Source: Octopus sinensis
Taxonomy: Eukaryota
Length of the DNA stretch: 64,000 nucleotides
Direction of reading: 5' to 3'
NCBI RefSeq assembly: GCF_006345805.1
Contig: NC_043001.1
Location: forward strand, 992,001-1,056,000
Shown: positions 38,568 through 52,619 of the stretch, one piece after another
How positions within the stretch are numbered: the stretch's first letter is position 1
Layout: every line of letters begins with the position of its first letter
Notes under the pieces: model-generated
Seen by the model: the letters and a program-made list of their open reading frames with translations, nothing else
The model's database searches: none
What the model was told of the DNA's origin: nothing
Position numbers and translations under genes: made by a program

Positions 38568-40427
38568 AACTCCATTCCAATATTGTTGATGAACTGTTTT
38601 ACTACAGCTAAAATTCGTTCCAGTTGTTGATCATCTTTTGTGAATAGCTTTAGATCATCCATGTAAAGGAGGTGATTGATTTTCCAATTCTATACTTTGA
38701 ACCCATCTTTTGCATCAGTCAACAGCTTACTTAGGAGAATGAGGGTCACACAAAAGAGTAGCTGTGATAGAAAATCTCTTTGGAAATTTCTGCAGTTTAT
38801 GCTAATGTCACCAGCATTTATACTGAATCCAGAGAGAAGTATTATAAAAGTTGTTTTCCAGTGTTTTGTACTATTCAACAGACAATTACAAATAACTGGA
38901 GATATTTTTTATGCTTCCAAGCATTTCTCAATCCAGCCATAGCAAAAACGGTCAAAACACTTTTTGTAGTCAATCCTGAAATAATCAACTCATTCCTTCT
39001 TCCAAGTTTTAGGAGTACAACCTAAAATAATCATTATCAACTCAGTGTATAACTAAAGTATTTTCACCTTATGATGGCCTGCTTATACATATAAGTATGG
39101 TGCACCAACCGATGGTGACACACAACACAGACAGACAGACAGACAGACAGACAGAAAGAAAGAAAGACAGACAGACACACACACGTGTGCAAACACATAA
39201 ACACACACACAAACATGTGTATGTATAATTATGTATGTATTTGTTTAGATCAGTTCAAAACCTTGTATTATTTATACCATGTCCCTTTAAGACATATGAC
39301 CTAACAGTCTGGCAAACAGAGGTTAATAAATCAAGAAACAGACTGAAGAAGTATTGGGGTTTTGTGTGCTTGAGTATAAATGTTTGGAAGCAATGCACCA
39401 GCATGGCCATAATTCACTAATCAAAGCCCGTAAGAGAATAAAATTTATCTCCCACCCACATCATCTTCACTAAAAAAATAAAGAAAAGAAAAAATAATGA
39501 AAAAAACCCGTCCCAAATTATGAAATGTCTAATTTGTTCATGAATATTTGCACAATGTCACTATTGTATATTGAAAATGTTTCTTTTATACCAAATTTTA
39601 AGAGGCCGGATTTCAGACCATTTTTAATAGCTTCAAATAGTCTGGCTTTGATTCTTCTCTCCTTACAATGATTACACAAGAATTATCATTGACAATATTC
39701 ACAACTTTATTGAAGGTATTCTTTAAAACCATTTTTAAATACAATATTTCATTGTAGCTTTAAAAATACACTGTTTAAGATAATTATTTATTTATAAAAA
39801 AAAATTCTATTAAAAAACATAAAATAACTGAAAATAAATTTCTCATTGTTCATTCGGAATCGGTTTTGAAAACAATTGTTGCCATAATATTTTCTATTTA
39901 TAGACATAAATAAAAAATAAAAATGATCTTTGATTAAAAAGAACCAAAAAATAGTAAGAAAAAAAATCTAGAGACAGTATTCATAGTATTGATTTCCTTC
40001 AGTATCAATAGATGCTAAAAATATGTCTATATCTGTTTTTATATACATATACGTATCATATAATACACACACATATATATATACACATATACATATGTGT
40101 TTGTATGAATGTATTATATTTTTGATTTTCTTTGGTTTCATAATACTTGAATATTTCAATCAAATTATTTGTAATCTTTTCAAAAATTAATGACTAACTT
40201 CGAATTAGCATGACATTTTCTACATACACCAATTGCTGTGATTACTTCACCAAAAATAGCAATGTGGAACAAAAATTGAATTTGTGAAATACTGATGGAA
40301 ATCTTTGGAAATTATAATTTGTTTTAGTTGAATATATTAACGAAAACAGTGAAGAATGTTGAAATTCAGAGCAAGATTTACGTAATGCAAATTTCAAATA
40401 ACAATACTAACACGGATTATCAGTATC

Positions 40428-40496
<69 letters not shown>

Positions 40497-40877
40497 TGTC
40501 TGAAATATAAAGATGTGCAGAAGGAAATATTTGTAATTGAAGTAGGAACATTTTTAGTAAGAAGTTGAAGAAAGAGCTGAAAAAAATTTCTGTTTTCTAA
40601 CTAGATTGATAAAACTAAGTTAGGAAATGGAATTTAGAATTGTATTGAAAATTGAATGGGGAAATGTGATTTCAGGCCCAGGAGAAAACTTTAGGATTTC
40701 CCTCACCTCATTATATGGAGCTCCAGTATGGCCTTTGTGAGGATGACTTGAACAAACCATTGTAGTGAGTGGCAGATTTCCATGTATTTCCTCAGGTTAA
40801 TAACTTATTGTTTTGAACCATTGGCTGAATAAAAAAGAACTAATGCAAAACTAGGCTCTGTTTTCTTTTTATTTTTC

Positions 40878-41090
40878 TGCAGAATCATCAGAGCATTGGA
40901 CAAAGTGTTTTATGGTATTTGTTCACTACAACCTCTGAGTTCAAATTTCACCAAAGTCAACTTTGCTACTTTGCTTTTCACCTTTTCCAAGTTGATAAAA
41001 TAATGTAGCACTCACATACTGGGCCAATGAAATCAACTAGAGTCTCTCTCTCTCTCTCTCACTAAAATTGCTGGCCTTCTGCCAATATTT
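40878..41090 (+). mobile_element. tRNA-derived SINE (family A, diverged)
   Basis: CTGAGTTCAAATTTC and AAAGTCAACTTTGC blocks. Confidence 0.7.
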
Positions 41091-41112
41091 ATAACTTTTT
41101 ATTATTATTATT

Positions 41113-41665
41113 CTTGAGTGAGAGAGCAGAGCATGCCATCAAAGTGACACTGGGGTACAAATATACAAAGCCCAGTATACCCATCATGACTACCCGTCTG
41201 ATAAGGGTACACCAGGTACATGCATCACAACCATATGTGCGCGACATGGTGATGTCATATCAAGATAAACAGTATATGACTTTGCAGGTGGGGCCCAGCT
41301 AGAATTTTCTTCTGGTTGAGTAACCCATCCTGCTCAAAAGGTCCTTGAATAAGGATTGTTTAAGGATGTTGAATGAACCACCCATGTTTCCAAAGGTGAA
41401 TTATCCAAACCTCCAAGAATTCCTTTCAACACATGGCTATGATGCTTCCCCACTACTTCTGCTCATAATCAGAGATGCGCATATCGTCAGCCACTAAGGG
41501 ACATGCTCAACTGGTGAAGGTCAAACAACTGACAAGCAAATCTGTGGTATTGAGCAGAATATTTGCTGTAGCCCATCTTTTATACCAAGACAAAACAATG
41601 TACATGATAACACTCCCAGTCAATTAAGATCAGAAACCATGAGAGCCACTGTCTGGTACTGCATC
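41113..41665. repeat. Unclassified ~550 bp probable interspersed element between (TTA)n tracts
   Basis: A GC-richer block sharply bounded by TTA repeats, with no informative ORF. No second copy was found in the window. Confidence 0.35.
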
Positions 41666-41670
41666 AGGGC

Positions 41671-41716
<46 letters not shown>

Positions 41717-42582
41717 GTTATTAATAATAATAATAATAGTAATAATAACAACAACAACAACAACAACAACAATGACCTTAATAATGTTTTTTGAGAAACT
41801 AAACAGAACTGTGTGTCAACTTCTACTGTTTTGCAGATACAAGTAGATGTAGTTGTTTGGTCTACCAGAAATAGTAACCAAATTATCCTCATGCTATCTT
41901 ACTGCCTTAAAAGAAAGGCTGGAAAGAATACAATTGTTACCATAGCTCTAGATACATTGAGCCTGAAACTAAAAAAGGAAAGATTATAGCCAGGTTGTGA
42001 TCATAGGAATGCTAAGGGACAACTTACTCTGGGTGAAACAACAATATCAATATTTTATAAATGTTTTTTTTTCTTTTTTCTGTTTTTGTTTCTGATGTCC
42101 AATGACCATCATTAATGCTATTTTCTTTTGCTGTTTGTCTGTGATTAAAAGGAAACTTCTCATATTTCTTTTCTCATAGAAAGACTTTCTCCAATGTCCA
42201 GTGGATAGATTTTAATCTATCCACTGGACACATTTATAATTCAATTCTATCAATCTTCCCCTTATCAATAAGTTAGGCCAATGAAGTAGATGAAGGGCCA
42301 ACTAAGGAACTGACGGATATTAAATGCCACACTGACATTTATAATGAAGTCTTCTACTGAAACAGTTCTTTCACTGACAGAACCAACTGAAGGTTGATGT
42401 TAGATTTCACCCATTACAAGAAGAATTCACCGACTGTCTTAGTCTTCTGCTTTAAAATGCATGAAAATAGATATGAAGGAATGCTACAATGTACTGCATT
42501 GGCTGCCTTATTGAACATTCCCAATATAGGGACACACCAGCACTAGACCAGACACCCACACATGCACACACACACACATGTA

Positions 42583-42613
<31 letters not shown>

Positions 42614-43049
42614 GCTCTTTCCCTCTCTTTCTTCCCTTACTCAGTATTTTTCCTTTTTGTTTTATTTTTATTTCTGTTTTTCGAGTCAAAATCTTTGAAT
42701 GATGACTTCAGTAATTCTGTCTCCCCCAAAGACTTTTGGACTCATTTGGAGACACAGATTCTTGTTAATCACAGACTTGAGACAGCAAAGCTTGACTCAG
42801 AGGTTCCTGTGCAGCTATAACAAGTTTCTCACAGGAAGAATTCACCTCATCTTTGCCTCCACTCACTCACTCTCTCTCTCTCTCTCTCCTCATCTCTCTT
42901 TTATTCAAATAAATTAAATCAAAATCAAGTTTGTTTGCAAACTATAATTAGAGACCATGATAAAAATATTAAATTAATAAAACATGAAATGCCAAGAAGG
43001 CATCAAGAATTATGGAGTAAACTGAATACAAGACAGATTTTCTAGGTTC

Positions 43050-43480
43050 TTTTATTCTTTTACCTGTTTCAGTCATTTGACTGTGGCCATACTGGAGCAC
43101 TTACTGAAGAAATTAACTTCAGGATTTATTCTTTGTAAACCTAGTACTTATTCTATCGTGTTCTTTTCCCAAACTGCAAAGTGACAGAGACTTAAACACA
43201 CTAACAGCAGTTGTCAAGTGATGGTTGGGGGACAGACACAGACAGACACAAATATATACATACATGTATACACACACACACAAATATATACATACATACA
43301 CACACACACACACACATATATACATATACAACAGGTTTCTTTCAGTTTCTGTCAACCAAATCCACCCACAAGACTTTGGTCATCCCGAGGCTATAGTAGA
43401 AGACACTTGCCCAAGATGCCATGCAGTAGGGCTGAACCCAGAACCATGTGGTTAGGAAGCAAGCTTCTTACCACAGAGAT
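43050..43480 (-). mobile_element. SINE (family B)
   Basis: Reverse complement of 27180-27530, including the tail CCAGTATGGCCACAG...GTAAAAGAATAAAAG. Confidence 0.75.
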
Positions 43481-46400
43481 ACGTCTGTGCCTTGATATAT
43501 CAAAAATGAAAGTTTGATTAGAAGACGATATTGAGACAGAAATATAAGGGTGATAGGTTTTGATGCATTTCTTTGTATGTTTGCCATCTTTGTCTCTGTT
43601 GGTTGGTCTTGGACCAATGAAAGAGAGAAAGAAAGAAAATGTTGAATAAGGTGTACAGAATTGCTCACACTGGACAATAGGATGGAATTGGTGGGAAGAA
43701 AGGAAGTACATTATGAGAGGGAGAGAAAATAATATATTCTGATGTGAATTATTTTACCTTATTAAGAGGAGAAAGAGAAAACAGAAAGAGAAGTAAGGAA
43801 AGAAATCATATTTCTTAAATTATACATAATCAATCCCCACAATCATTGAAACTAACTGCTTATATATGTGTGTGTGTGTGTGTATTCTTAGCCATGCTAG
43901 CAAGGTAAAACCTGATGTGAGCAAATAAATGAATGAGATACATGCATATATACATACACATATGCAAATACACACACACACACAGACACACACATATAGA
44001 CACACATACGTGTGTATGTGTGTGTGTGAGAGAGTGAGAGAGAAAGAGAGTGAGAGAGAAAGAGAGTGAGAAAGAAAGAGAGTGAGAGAGAAAGAGAGAG
44101 AGAATGCATGTATATTTGTATGTCTGTTTAGAAGTCAACTGGTGTTCTCTAATGAAAATCTATCAGAATAAACAATGGTCAACAGTCTGTCCCTTGTAGG
44201 TGTCCTTATAACAGCTGCCTTGCCACAGGGATTGCTTCTTATTAGCACAAATCTTATTGAATGATGAACCCCCCCCCCCTGAATTGGTGACACCAATCAA
44301 TGCCATATTAGAGAAAGTTAGAGGAGAAGCATTTTTATTCAAAGAAAAGTCTTTAACAAAATGTGACAATGGAAGCTTTTTCTGCTGCCATATTCTTCAG
44401 TTTCCCTTTGTTATACAAAGCAATAATGTCGCTGTAAATTAACATTGCTCATCCATTCTATGGCCCAAAGCTAAACACATTTATACATTTGATGGCTGAA
44501 AAACAGCTAGTGCAATCGCTGAAAATAATTTTGGAATTAATTTCTGTTCACATAGCTGTGTGGTTCAAATGTTTGGTTTGCAATCATGTGCTTTCACATT
44601 TGGTCTTACAGCAGAGGACCTTGGTCAATATTCTTTTACCATTAATATCTGGGTGACCAACATCTTACAAGTTGAACTTGGGAATGGGAACTGTGTGGTA
44701 GCTCATCATATATATATTACAAGGAAAAATGCGAGCAAGAGAAATAATATTCTTAAGATTATAAACCTGGAAAAGTAGAGGACAAGTTATTACATCTGGT
44801 AAAGTACAAAACAAGAAAATTTTTACTTAAAATATTGCAGCTAAGGATAAAATTTCAAATGAAATATTTAGATTTAGAAAATATTATCTTTTATTAAAGC
44901 TAAAAATTTTATTACAAGTTATAGCTTGTTACTTCACTTAAAAATATAAAATAACTCAAAGTATTTTTTGTACTTAAAAAATATTCCTTTTTAGGAAATT
45001 ATTAATTAATAATTAGAAATTTGAAAACAGGTTATAAAAAATAATTGTAGTACATAATTAGTACAATAAATAGAATAATACAAAAATTAATCATATATTA
45101 CAATAAAATCTACCTATAACAACAAATTCACAGTAAAATTTGCTTGAGTTATTGCCTAAGTTATCGTCAAGTCTTCACATTTTTAGCCTTGACCCTATTT
45201 ATTACATAATGAATTTGCCTACTATATAAACTATTCTACTTTGCATAAAACTTTAACTATATTGGGACTTCTGGCTCCCCTTTTTAGAATATTCTAGTGC
45301 GTCAATATTTTAACAAAATGATGGTACCTTTTTTAATCATAATGTTACTTTGTAAATTTAAACCAAATAATTTTTACTATTCAAATTTTATTGTTAGCTG
45401 AAATTCCTTGAATTGAGCTCTATCATTTAAGCTTGATAAAAATATAGTTTGTTTTTAAAATAAAAAAGTTAATTATAGTTAAATCCAATTTTTTGCCTCA
45501 CTTATATATTTTTCAGGATATTTTACCTCACAACTGTTTTTATACAAATTTTTGTTGCATGGGAATAAAACTATGAAATTTTTCATACTTTTTTCTATCA
45601 TTGAAGCTAAGATAAAGATATTTTGCTTCAAAAATAAAAAAAGGTATTTAGATCTAAACTTGATTGGTTGCGTTACTATAAAGCTGCTGCAAATTTTGAT
45701 GTAAACTTTTTTCTACTGGACCAAATCTCAATTTTTTTTTATGCCAAAATGTAGCTAGGGACCAGTCCTCTTCAAAAATGTTAACAGTGTTCAATTTGGT
45801 TAAGAACTGAATTAGCGACAAGCTCTGAAAGATGCTGCATGTGAGTAAATTGTGGCCTTAGGAATATTATTCAACTACTACCATTGTTGAAAGATTTATA
45901 ATTATTATTTAAGACAATTTGATTTGAACCCAATACAACTTAAAGTTTCATATGCTTCTTACAGAAGCACCTGAGTCTGACAAAATGGGTTTCTATAATA
46001 AGCCTACGAAACTCTGAATCAAACTAGTTTGAATAGTAGAGTAATAGAAATAACACTAATTAAATGTGTTGAATGCCTTTAAAAAGTGTCACATTGCATA
46101 ATGTTGTCCTAGATACACTGTGTCTAAATAAATGATAGTTTGATAAAGTTTAGAATTCCTTTGATTATAGTTCAATAAAGTGTGGCCTAGGGCTAAACAA
46201 CAACAGCTCTATGATCATTAAACTTAATGAATGTGTGATCCAATGAAATTATCATCAGGCTGTAAGTAGAGCTGTTAGATATGGCACCAAGATTTCTTGC
46301 AAATCATTTGAAGAAAGATAGGGCAATGGACAATTGATAAAAGAAAGAAAACGATGGAAGGGTCGAGAATGGAATGGCTGAGATCAAAGTGTTCCCTGTG

Positions 46401-46873
46401 CCACAGGTGTAAATGACTGGAAGTAACAGTCATAATGCTACATGGTGATAATCTGGGTTAATGAATAAGGCTCCTTGTCCTGCTAAAATGAACAGCTGAA
46501 TCTCACTCGAATTACACACAGGCATCTTCAGAAAAAGGACGTGTGGGTCACTGCTGGAATGGCTTTCATCATTGACCTGCTGAATCAGGGTTGATGCAGC
46601 AGGTCAGACATCAGCAACATTTCAAATTTTTTGATTCTTCAGTCACCTGACAAAAGTTGTTTCTGTGTCAAAACAAAACATGTAGCAGCAGCAGCAGCAG
46701 CATCAGCAGCCATTCCGAAACAGATTCTGACACACTCAGTCATGTCAAACACAGATTTTAGAAGTCTGTGTTCTGGAAATGTCTCAATTACTTTGATATT
46801 TGATCAGAAAATTCAAACAGAAAATCTAGCTCTTCCCTAGAATCATCACACATTGCAACTAAATGTGAAACTG

Positions 46874-46929
<56 letters not shown>

Positions 46930-46931
46930 TT

Positions 46932-46984
<53 letters not shown>

Positions 46985-47118
46985 GTCTGCTGTTTGTCAG
47001 TCTGCCTGTGTGCATTTGTATTTTTGATGCACTTTGATGAAATCTTTCATCTTGAACACAGGCAAACACAATTTCAAAAATCTGTGTGTTAATCTATGTA
47101 GCTGAGTATGTATGTATG

Positions 47119-47165
<47 letters not shown>

Positions 47166-47350
47166 GTATATATTCATACAAGCATATACTTATATGCACT
47201 TGCATATGGGGAATGACTTTAAAAAGAATCACCTTATACACAACCAACTTTCTTTGATCAAATAATAATAGAAGTGGTTAAAATAGGAGCTATTAGAGTT
47301 GTGTTGTTCTGTAGAATCTTCTTGTGCCTATTTTGAATTCTTTATTATTA

Positions 47351-47396
<46 letters not shown>

Positions 47397-47435
47397 TACT
47401 ATTATTATTATTACTATTATTATTATTATTATTAT

Positions 47436-47630
47436 AGCTGGCAAAATCATTAGCATGTTGGGTGAAATGGTTAGTGGTATTTCACCCACCATGATGTTCT
47501 GAGTTCCAACAAAATCAACTTTGCTTTTCATCTTTTCAGGGTTGATGTACCAGTCATGTACTGAGGTTGATATGATCAACTTACACCCTCTCCCAAATGT
47601 CCGGTCTTGTGCCTATAGTAGAAAGGATTA
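47436..47630 (+). mobile_element. tRNA-derived SINE (family A)
   Basis: AGCTGGCAAAATCATTAGCATG head, TTCTGAGTTC, CTTTGCTTTTCATC. Confidence 0.75.
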
Positions 47631-47651
47631 TTATTATTTCTTTTATTATTA

Positions 47652-47850
47652 CGTGCAGGTGGCACGTAAAAAGCACCCACTACACTCATGGAGTGGTTGG
47701 CGTTAGGAAGGGCATCCAGCCGTAGAAACACTGCCAAATCTGACTGGGCCTGATGAAACCATCCGGCTTCACAGACCCCAGTTAAACCGTCCAACCCATG
47801 CTAGCATGGAAAGCGGACGCTAAATGATGATGATGATGATGATGATGATG
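47652..47850 (+). mobile_element. RTE 3' tail beginning at the last array unit
   Basis: Runs from GGTGGCACGTAAAAAGCACCCACTACACTC through to (ATG)n. Confidence 0.88.
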
Positions 47851-47861
47851 ATTATTATTAT

Positions 47862-48060
47862 TACGTCCACCTTAGTGAAGGCGGAGGTATTGTTTCTAGT
47901 CGAGTTTGTTGGTATGTTTGTTTGTTCGTTTGTCCATGGACAAGATATCTCAAGAACCACAGGATGGATTTGGATGAAACTTTCAGGGTTGTTTGGCCTC
48001 GTGACTAGCATGAACGGATTAGATTTTTGTGTCGATCAGGTACCAGACAAGAATTCTGGA
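47862..48060. mobile_element. Possible Helentron-associated (HINE/DINE-1-like) non-autonomous element
   Basis: 5' hairpin TCCACCTT-AGTG-AAGGCGGA, a (GTTT)-type microsatellite, then GGATTTGGATGAAACTTTCAGG. The class is inferred from architecture. Confidence 0.4.
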
Positions 48061-49011
48061 TTATTTATCATGAATAGCGATAGCAAAACCGGTCGATATA
48101 TTAAAAATTATACTAAAACCATGTAAGTATGCGTATTTTCATTTTTTAATTTCTTATATACATCACAACCCACCACGTGGGGATAATCGAAATTCCACTT
48201 TTCTGTTACTACTACTACATATATATATACACACACATACATACATCCATATATATACTTATATATATATATATACATATATCCATATATATACTTATAT
48301 ATATATATATATTTATATATATGTGTGTATATGCATATACACTCATACACACACATGCATATATATATATATGATCTCACAGGATATACATGTATGGAAT
48401 GTATGGAGCATGCAACAATGGGAAACAGCACAAGCATGATAATCAATGATGATGACAATGACGATGATGACGATGATGATGATGACGATGATGACGATGA
48501 TGATGACGAGAGCAATGACAACAAAAACAAAACTAACGATGATGGTTGTGAAATAGTTGATGGCAGGTGACGACGACGACGATGGAGGTGGCAGTGGTCG
48601 TTAAGTGATGATAGGTTATGAGAGAAAGTGTTTTGGCAGCCATTGGTCATTGATCAATGAATAGAAGCGAAAATGGATCTGGTCATTTGGATGATGTGCG
48701 ATCAATTTGTGGACTTTGTGAACTAATCAAACACTGGCAGCTAAGTATTTCCACAGATAAACAGTAGAATCAATAACAACCCACTCACTATACAGCTACA
48801 ACAGCAACAACAGCAGCAACAACAACAATTCATCAATTCATAGTGGAATCGGAGCAACTATTTTCATTGCAAGTTTGGCTGTGATGACCTTCCTCAAAGA
48901 CCTTTCACTCTAATTCACTGTTTCGAACTTTGAATCCATATGTGTGTGTATTCATCAATGGTTCTATGTAGATATGTATATGTTCTGTGTATGTGCACAC
49001 ATATATATGTA

Positions 49012-49019
<8 letters not shown>

Positions 49020-49082
<63 letters not shown>
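49020..49082. repeat. (TA)n microsatellite within a TA/TG/TATG cluster
   Basis: Directly visible. Confidence 0.95.
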
Positions 49083-49094
<12 letters not shown>

Positions 49095-49666
49095 GTATAT
49101 ATGCCTCCATGCAAGTATGTATGTATGTATGTATGTTTATATGTTTGTGTGTGTGTTTATATATATGGATATCTTCCATGTGTGTGTGTGTGTCTGTCTA
49201 CACCCTTTCTGTCTGTAAGTCAATATATATATATGTATGACCAATGACGGCGATGATGGTGTACGTGACTCTATTTATGTCAATGTGTGATTTAATCTGT
49301 TGATTGGTGTCACATTGCTACCTGGTCCTTTCACAGTATCAACATTGTGTGTGTGTGTGTGAATACCTGATACATGTGTGTATCTATGCTTGTGTCTGTG
49401 TGTGTACATGTATGTATGAATGTGTGTCAGTATGTCTATGTAAATTTGTTGCCTTAAATGAGCACACTAATGATCAAAAGCATTCCAGCTGTGACCATCC
49501 ACTATGAGCTTTTGCAGAGGTAACATTGTATATCTAAGAGTACATTACTAATTTTGTGTTTCCCTAATTTAAGATGGTAAGGTATGACTGCAGGTAGCTT
49601 TGACCATTAATTCTAGCAGATCAAGTCACCAGGCAGATGCTCCTTGGTTGGCTTGTGTTTTAACAT

Positions 49667-49710
<44 letters not shown>

Positions 49711-50282
49711 GTGCATGTCCATCTCTATATGGCTGTATGTGAGTGTATGTGTGAGCATATGTATGTGTTTCACATTCACATTTATTTGTGTGTGTCTATG
49801 TGTCCATGTATGTGTGTGTATATTTGCATTTAACGTTGATCTCTGTCTTTATATCTTGAAGCATTTGTAGCATCAGACAAAATACTTTACAGCATCAACT
49901 TAGAGTCACTTGCATTCTGAGTTCAAATCCTGTCAATGTCAGCTTTGCCCTTCGCCATTCAGATCTTTATCATTATTTCATGTCCACTTTCCGTGCTGGC
50001 ATGGTTCGGATGGGTCATCACAGCCTGGGTATTATTCCCATTGGCAGTCACTGTGTCCAAACTCCAACAGCCTTTGTGTGTTATTGGGTCTGGTTTCTGC
50101 TGCCGGAGGCTCTTCTTAATGCCAACCACTCGACAGAGAGTCTTGGATGTGTATTGTCATAGTACCAACACTTAACAAGTTGAATAGTTCTCAGTGAGAC
50201 AGGTTTCGAGGGACGTCACAACTCTCCTCCCTGCTTATGGAACCAAACACTTAATTGCAGAGGGATCAATGACAACAGGAAG

Positions 50283-50315
<33 letters not shown>

Positions 50316-51030
50316 TGTGTATATGTGTTTTCCGTCCCTAAGTCAGCCTATACAAGTGTGACTATATATATATGTCAATGTTAGTGTGTATACATCACAT
50401 AAACAGCCACCTAGTTTAACATCCTCCCCTGGTCCTTGTTGGGTGCAATTCGCAAAATCCCCTGTTACCAATCTGTGGACCATGACACTGAGGAAGGGCT
50501 CCTCCCTATATTCCGACTGATCTTAGAAACCCTAAAATCGTCAGCTTCTAAATTGTGTAAATGAATTCATAAACTATGTGTGTGTATGTGTAAGTGCCTG
50601 TCTTTATAGGTGTGAGTGTGTATGTATCTACGACAGTCCTTCATATGTATTCATTTGCTTCTTTGAGTGTATGTGTAAGTGTGTATATATGTATGCACAT
50701 ACGTATGTCTTTTCAGTTACGTGGCTATACATGCATACTTAGGTGTACAAATTTGTGCATAAACACATCTGTGAGCATCTCAGTGATGAATAAGTATGTA
50801 CGTGTGTATGTGTGTGCATGTATGTAAGCATGTATATGGAAAATTTGTGTGTGTGCATATTTGTGTGTGTATTTAAGACAATATGAAATCCCACACCAAA
50901 TATTTGAGAGTATAGGTACATCTATGGGAAATATGGATATTAGGGTGTGTGAATTCGAGAGAATATCCATTGGGACACGCATCTATGTATGTGTGTGTAT
51001 GAGAAAAAGAAGGAACATGTGCCAATGGAT

Positions 51031-51065
<35 letters not shown>

Positions 51066-52154
51066 CATATCACCATGTCAATAAAAATATTCCCAAAAGG
51101 CAGAGAATTAATATCTGGGATATTTTTAATCATTCCACTCAATCTTCAATTATGGTCCTGCCAATCTATTCCTGCTAAGTGGTTTACCACTGATTATATC
51201 GAGGAACCAAGAATATTTGCCGATATTTTAGTAGCAACAATATATTTTTCTCACTTTAATAAAACCTTTCACTCTATTGCAGACAATCTTTCTCCTCTTT
51301 TGTGACATACAACTTTCCCCCATGCCATCAAATGCCACACACTCCTGATAACTCTATCCCTGTACTCCTATTAAAACTCTATTTTAAGACAACTCTATGA
51401 CTGAGGGAGTATGACAGCATCGTTATCATCACCGTCATCATCTTTGTCATCATGCTAAAGACATCTTGCAAAGTCTTGTCTAATGCAGTGAGCTGACATG
51501 TGCTTACAGATTATTTATGCAATTAGTATGTAAAATCTCTTTGTAGATGTTTTGACAAGGTGTCACCGTCCACCTAGGAAAATATAACCCAATCTAGAAT
51601 ATATTATTCAAGGAAAATGCATTCAACAGAGAATTTTGGGAATTGTATGAAAGAGAGAATAGAACACTTCCAGCTTTGAATTTATATGTCAATGCACACA
51701 CACACACACACACACACAGGTACACACATGCAGACACTCACACACAGATAAACACATACAGACACACACATGGAGACACTCACACACAGATATACACACA
51801 CATGCACATGTGAGAGGGTGAGTCTGAGTATATGTATACATATATGCATATATATACATGGGTATGTATGCAAATATATAAATATGAGTACATAGATATG
51901 TATGTATGTGTGTGTGTGTGTGTATATATATGTTGAATAAAATGTGACAACAAAGCCAAAGCAGTGTGAAATTTTTAGAACATTTATAAAAAGAGAGGAA
52001 GTCTTCCAGTTGTTTAGGTCATCTGGATACCAAAACCTCTCATATATATATATATAATAATAAATATATATATATATATAATAAATATTAGGGAATAAAT
52101 CCAAACTTGCAGGGAAAAATCAGATTTAGGATTGAATCCAATTTTATAGTAAAA

Positions 52155-52457
52155 TATTATATTATATTAAATTAGAGACAAAACTACTATCATACAATGA
52201 AAAACTTAAGCCAATACATAAGATTATTAAATTTATATTATTTAAATATATAACAAAATTATTAAAAAAATATAATTAATATATCACTAGTGATATATAA
52301 TTAATATATCACTAGTGATCGTAGTGATATATTAATTATATTTTTTTAATAATTTTGTTATATATTTAAATAATATAAATTTAATAATCTTATGTATTGG
52401 CTTAAGTTTTTCATTGTATGATTTTCCTAATAGTAGTTTTGTCTTTAATTTAATATA

Positions 52458-52466
<9 letters not shown>
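52155..52466. repeat. Long AT-rich inverted repeat (~135 bp arms)
   Basis: 52155-52289 is the reverse complement of 52322-52466, apart from an 8-nt insertion and isolated mismatches. Confidence 0.9.
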
Positions 52467-52545
<79 letters not shown>

Positions 52546-52588
52546 CAGACAGATAGATAGATAGATAGATAGATAGATTGATAGATAA

Positions 52589-52619
<31 letters not shown>

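Larger units (their letters stand above)
37150..39030 (-). mobile_element. R4/Dong-like non-LTR retrotransposon RT fragment, interrupted twice
   Basis: The minus strand gives LSQLLFCVTLILLSKLL, INHLLYMDDLKLFTKDD, GMEFGLDKC, YKYLGV, LNARNRIDA, TTIGLDT, WRSKALNG and SETGDFITAAQ. Confidence 0.85.

Noticed and set aside
44163-44442. Opposed 68-aa and 61-aa ORFs around a poly-C run
   Set aside because: Short, no homology recognised, and no convincing splice boundaries.
48647-48660. 14-bp perfect palindrome TCATTGATCAATGA
   Set aside because: Palindromes of this length are expected by chance several times in 64 kb of AT-rich DNA.
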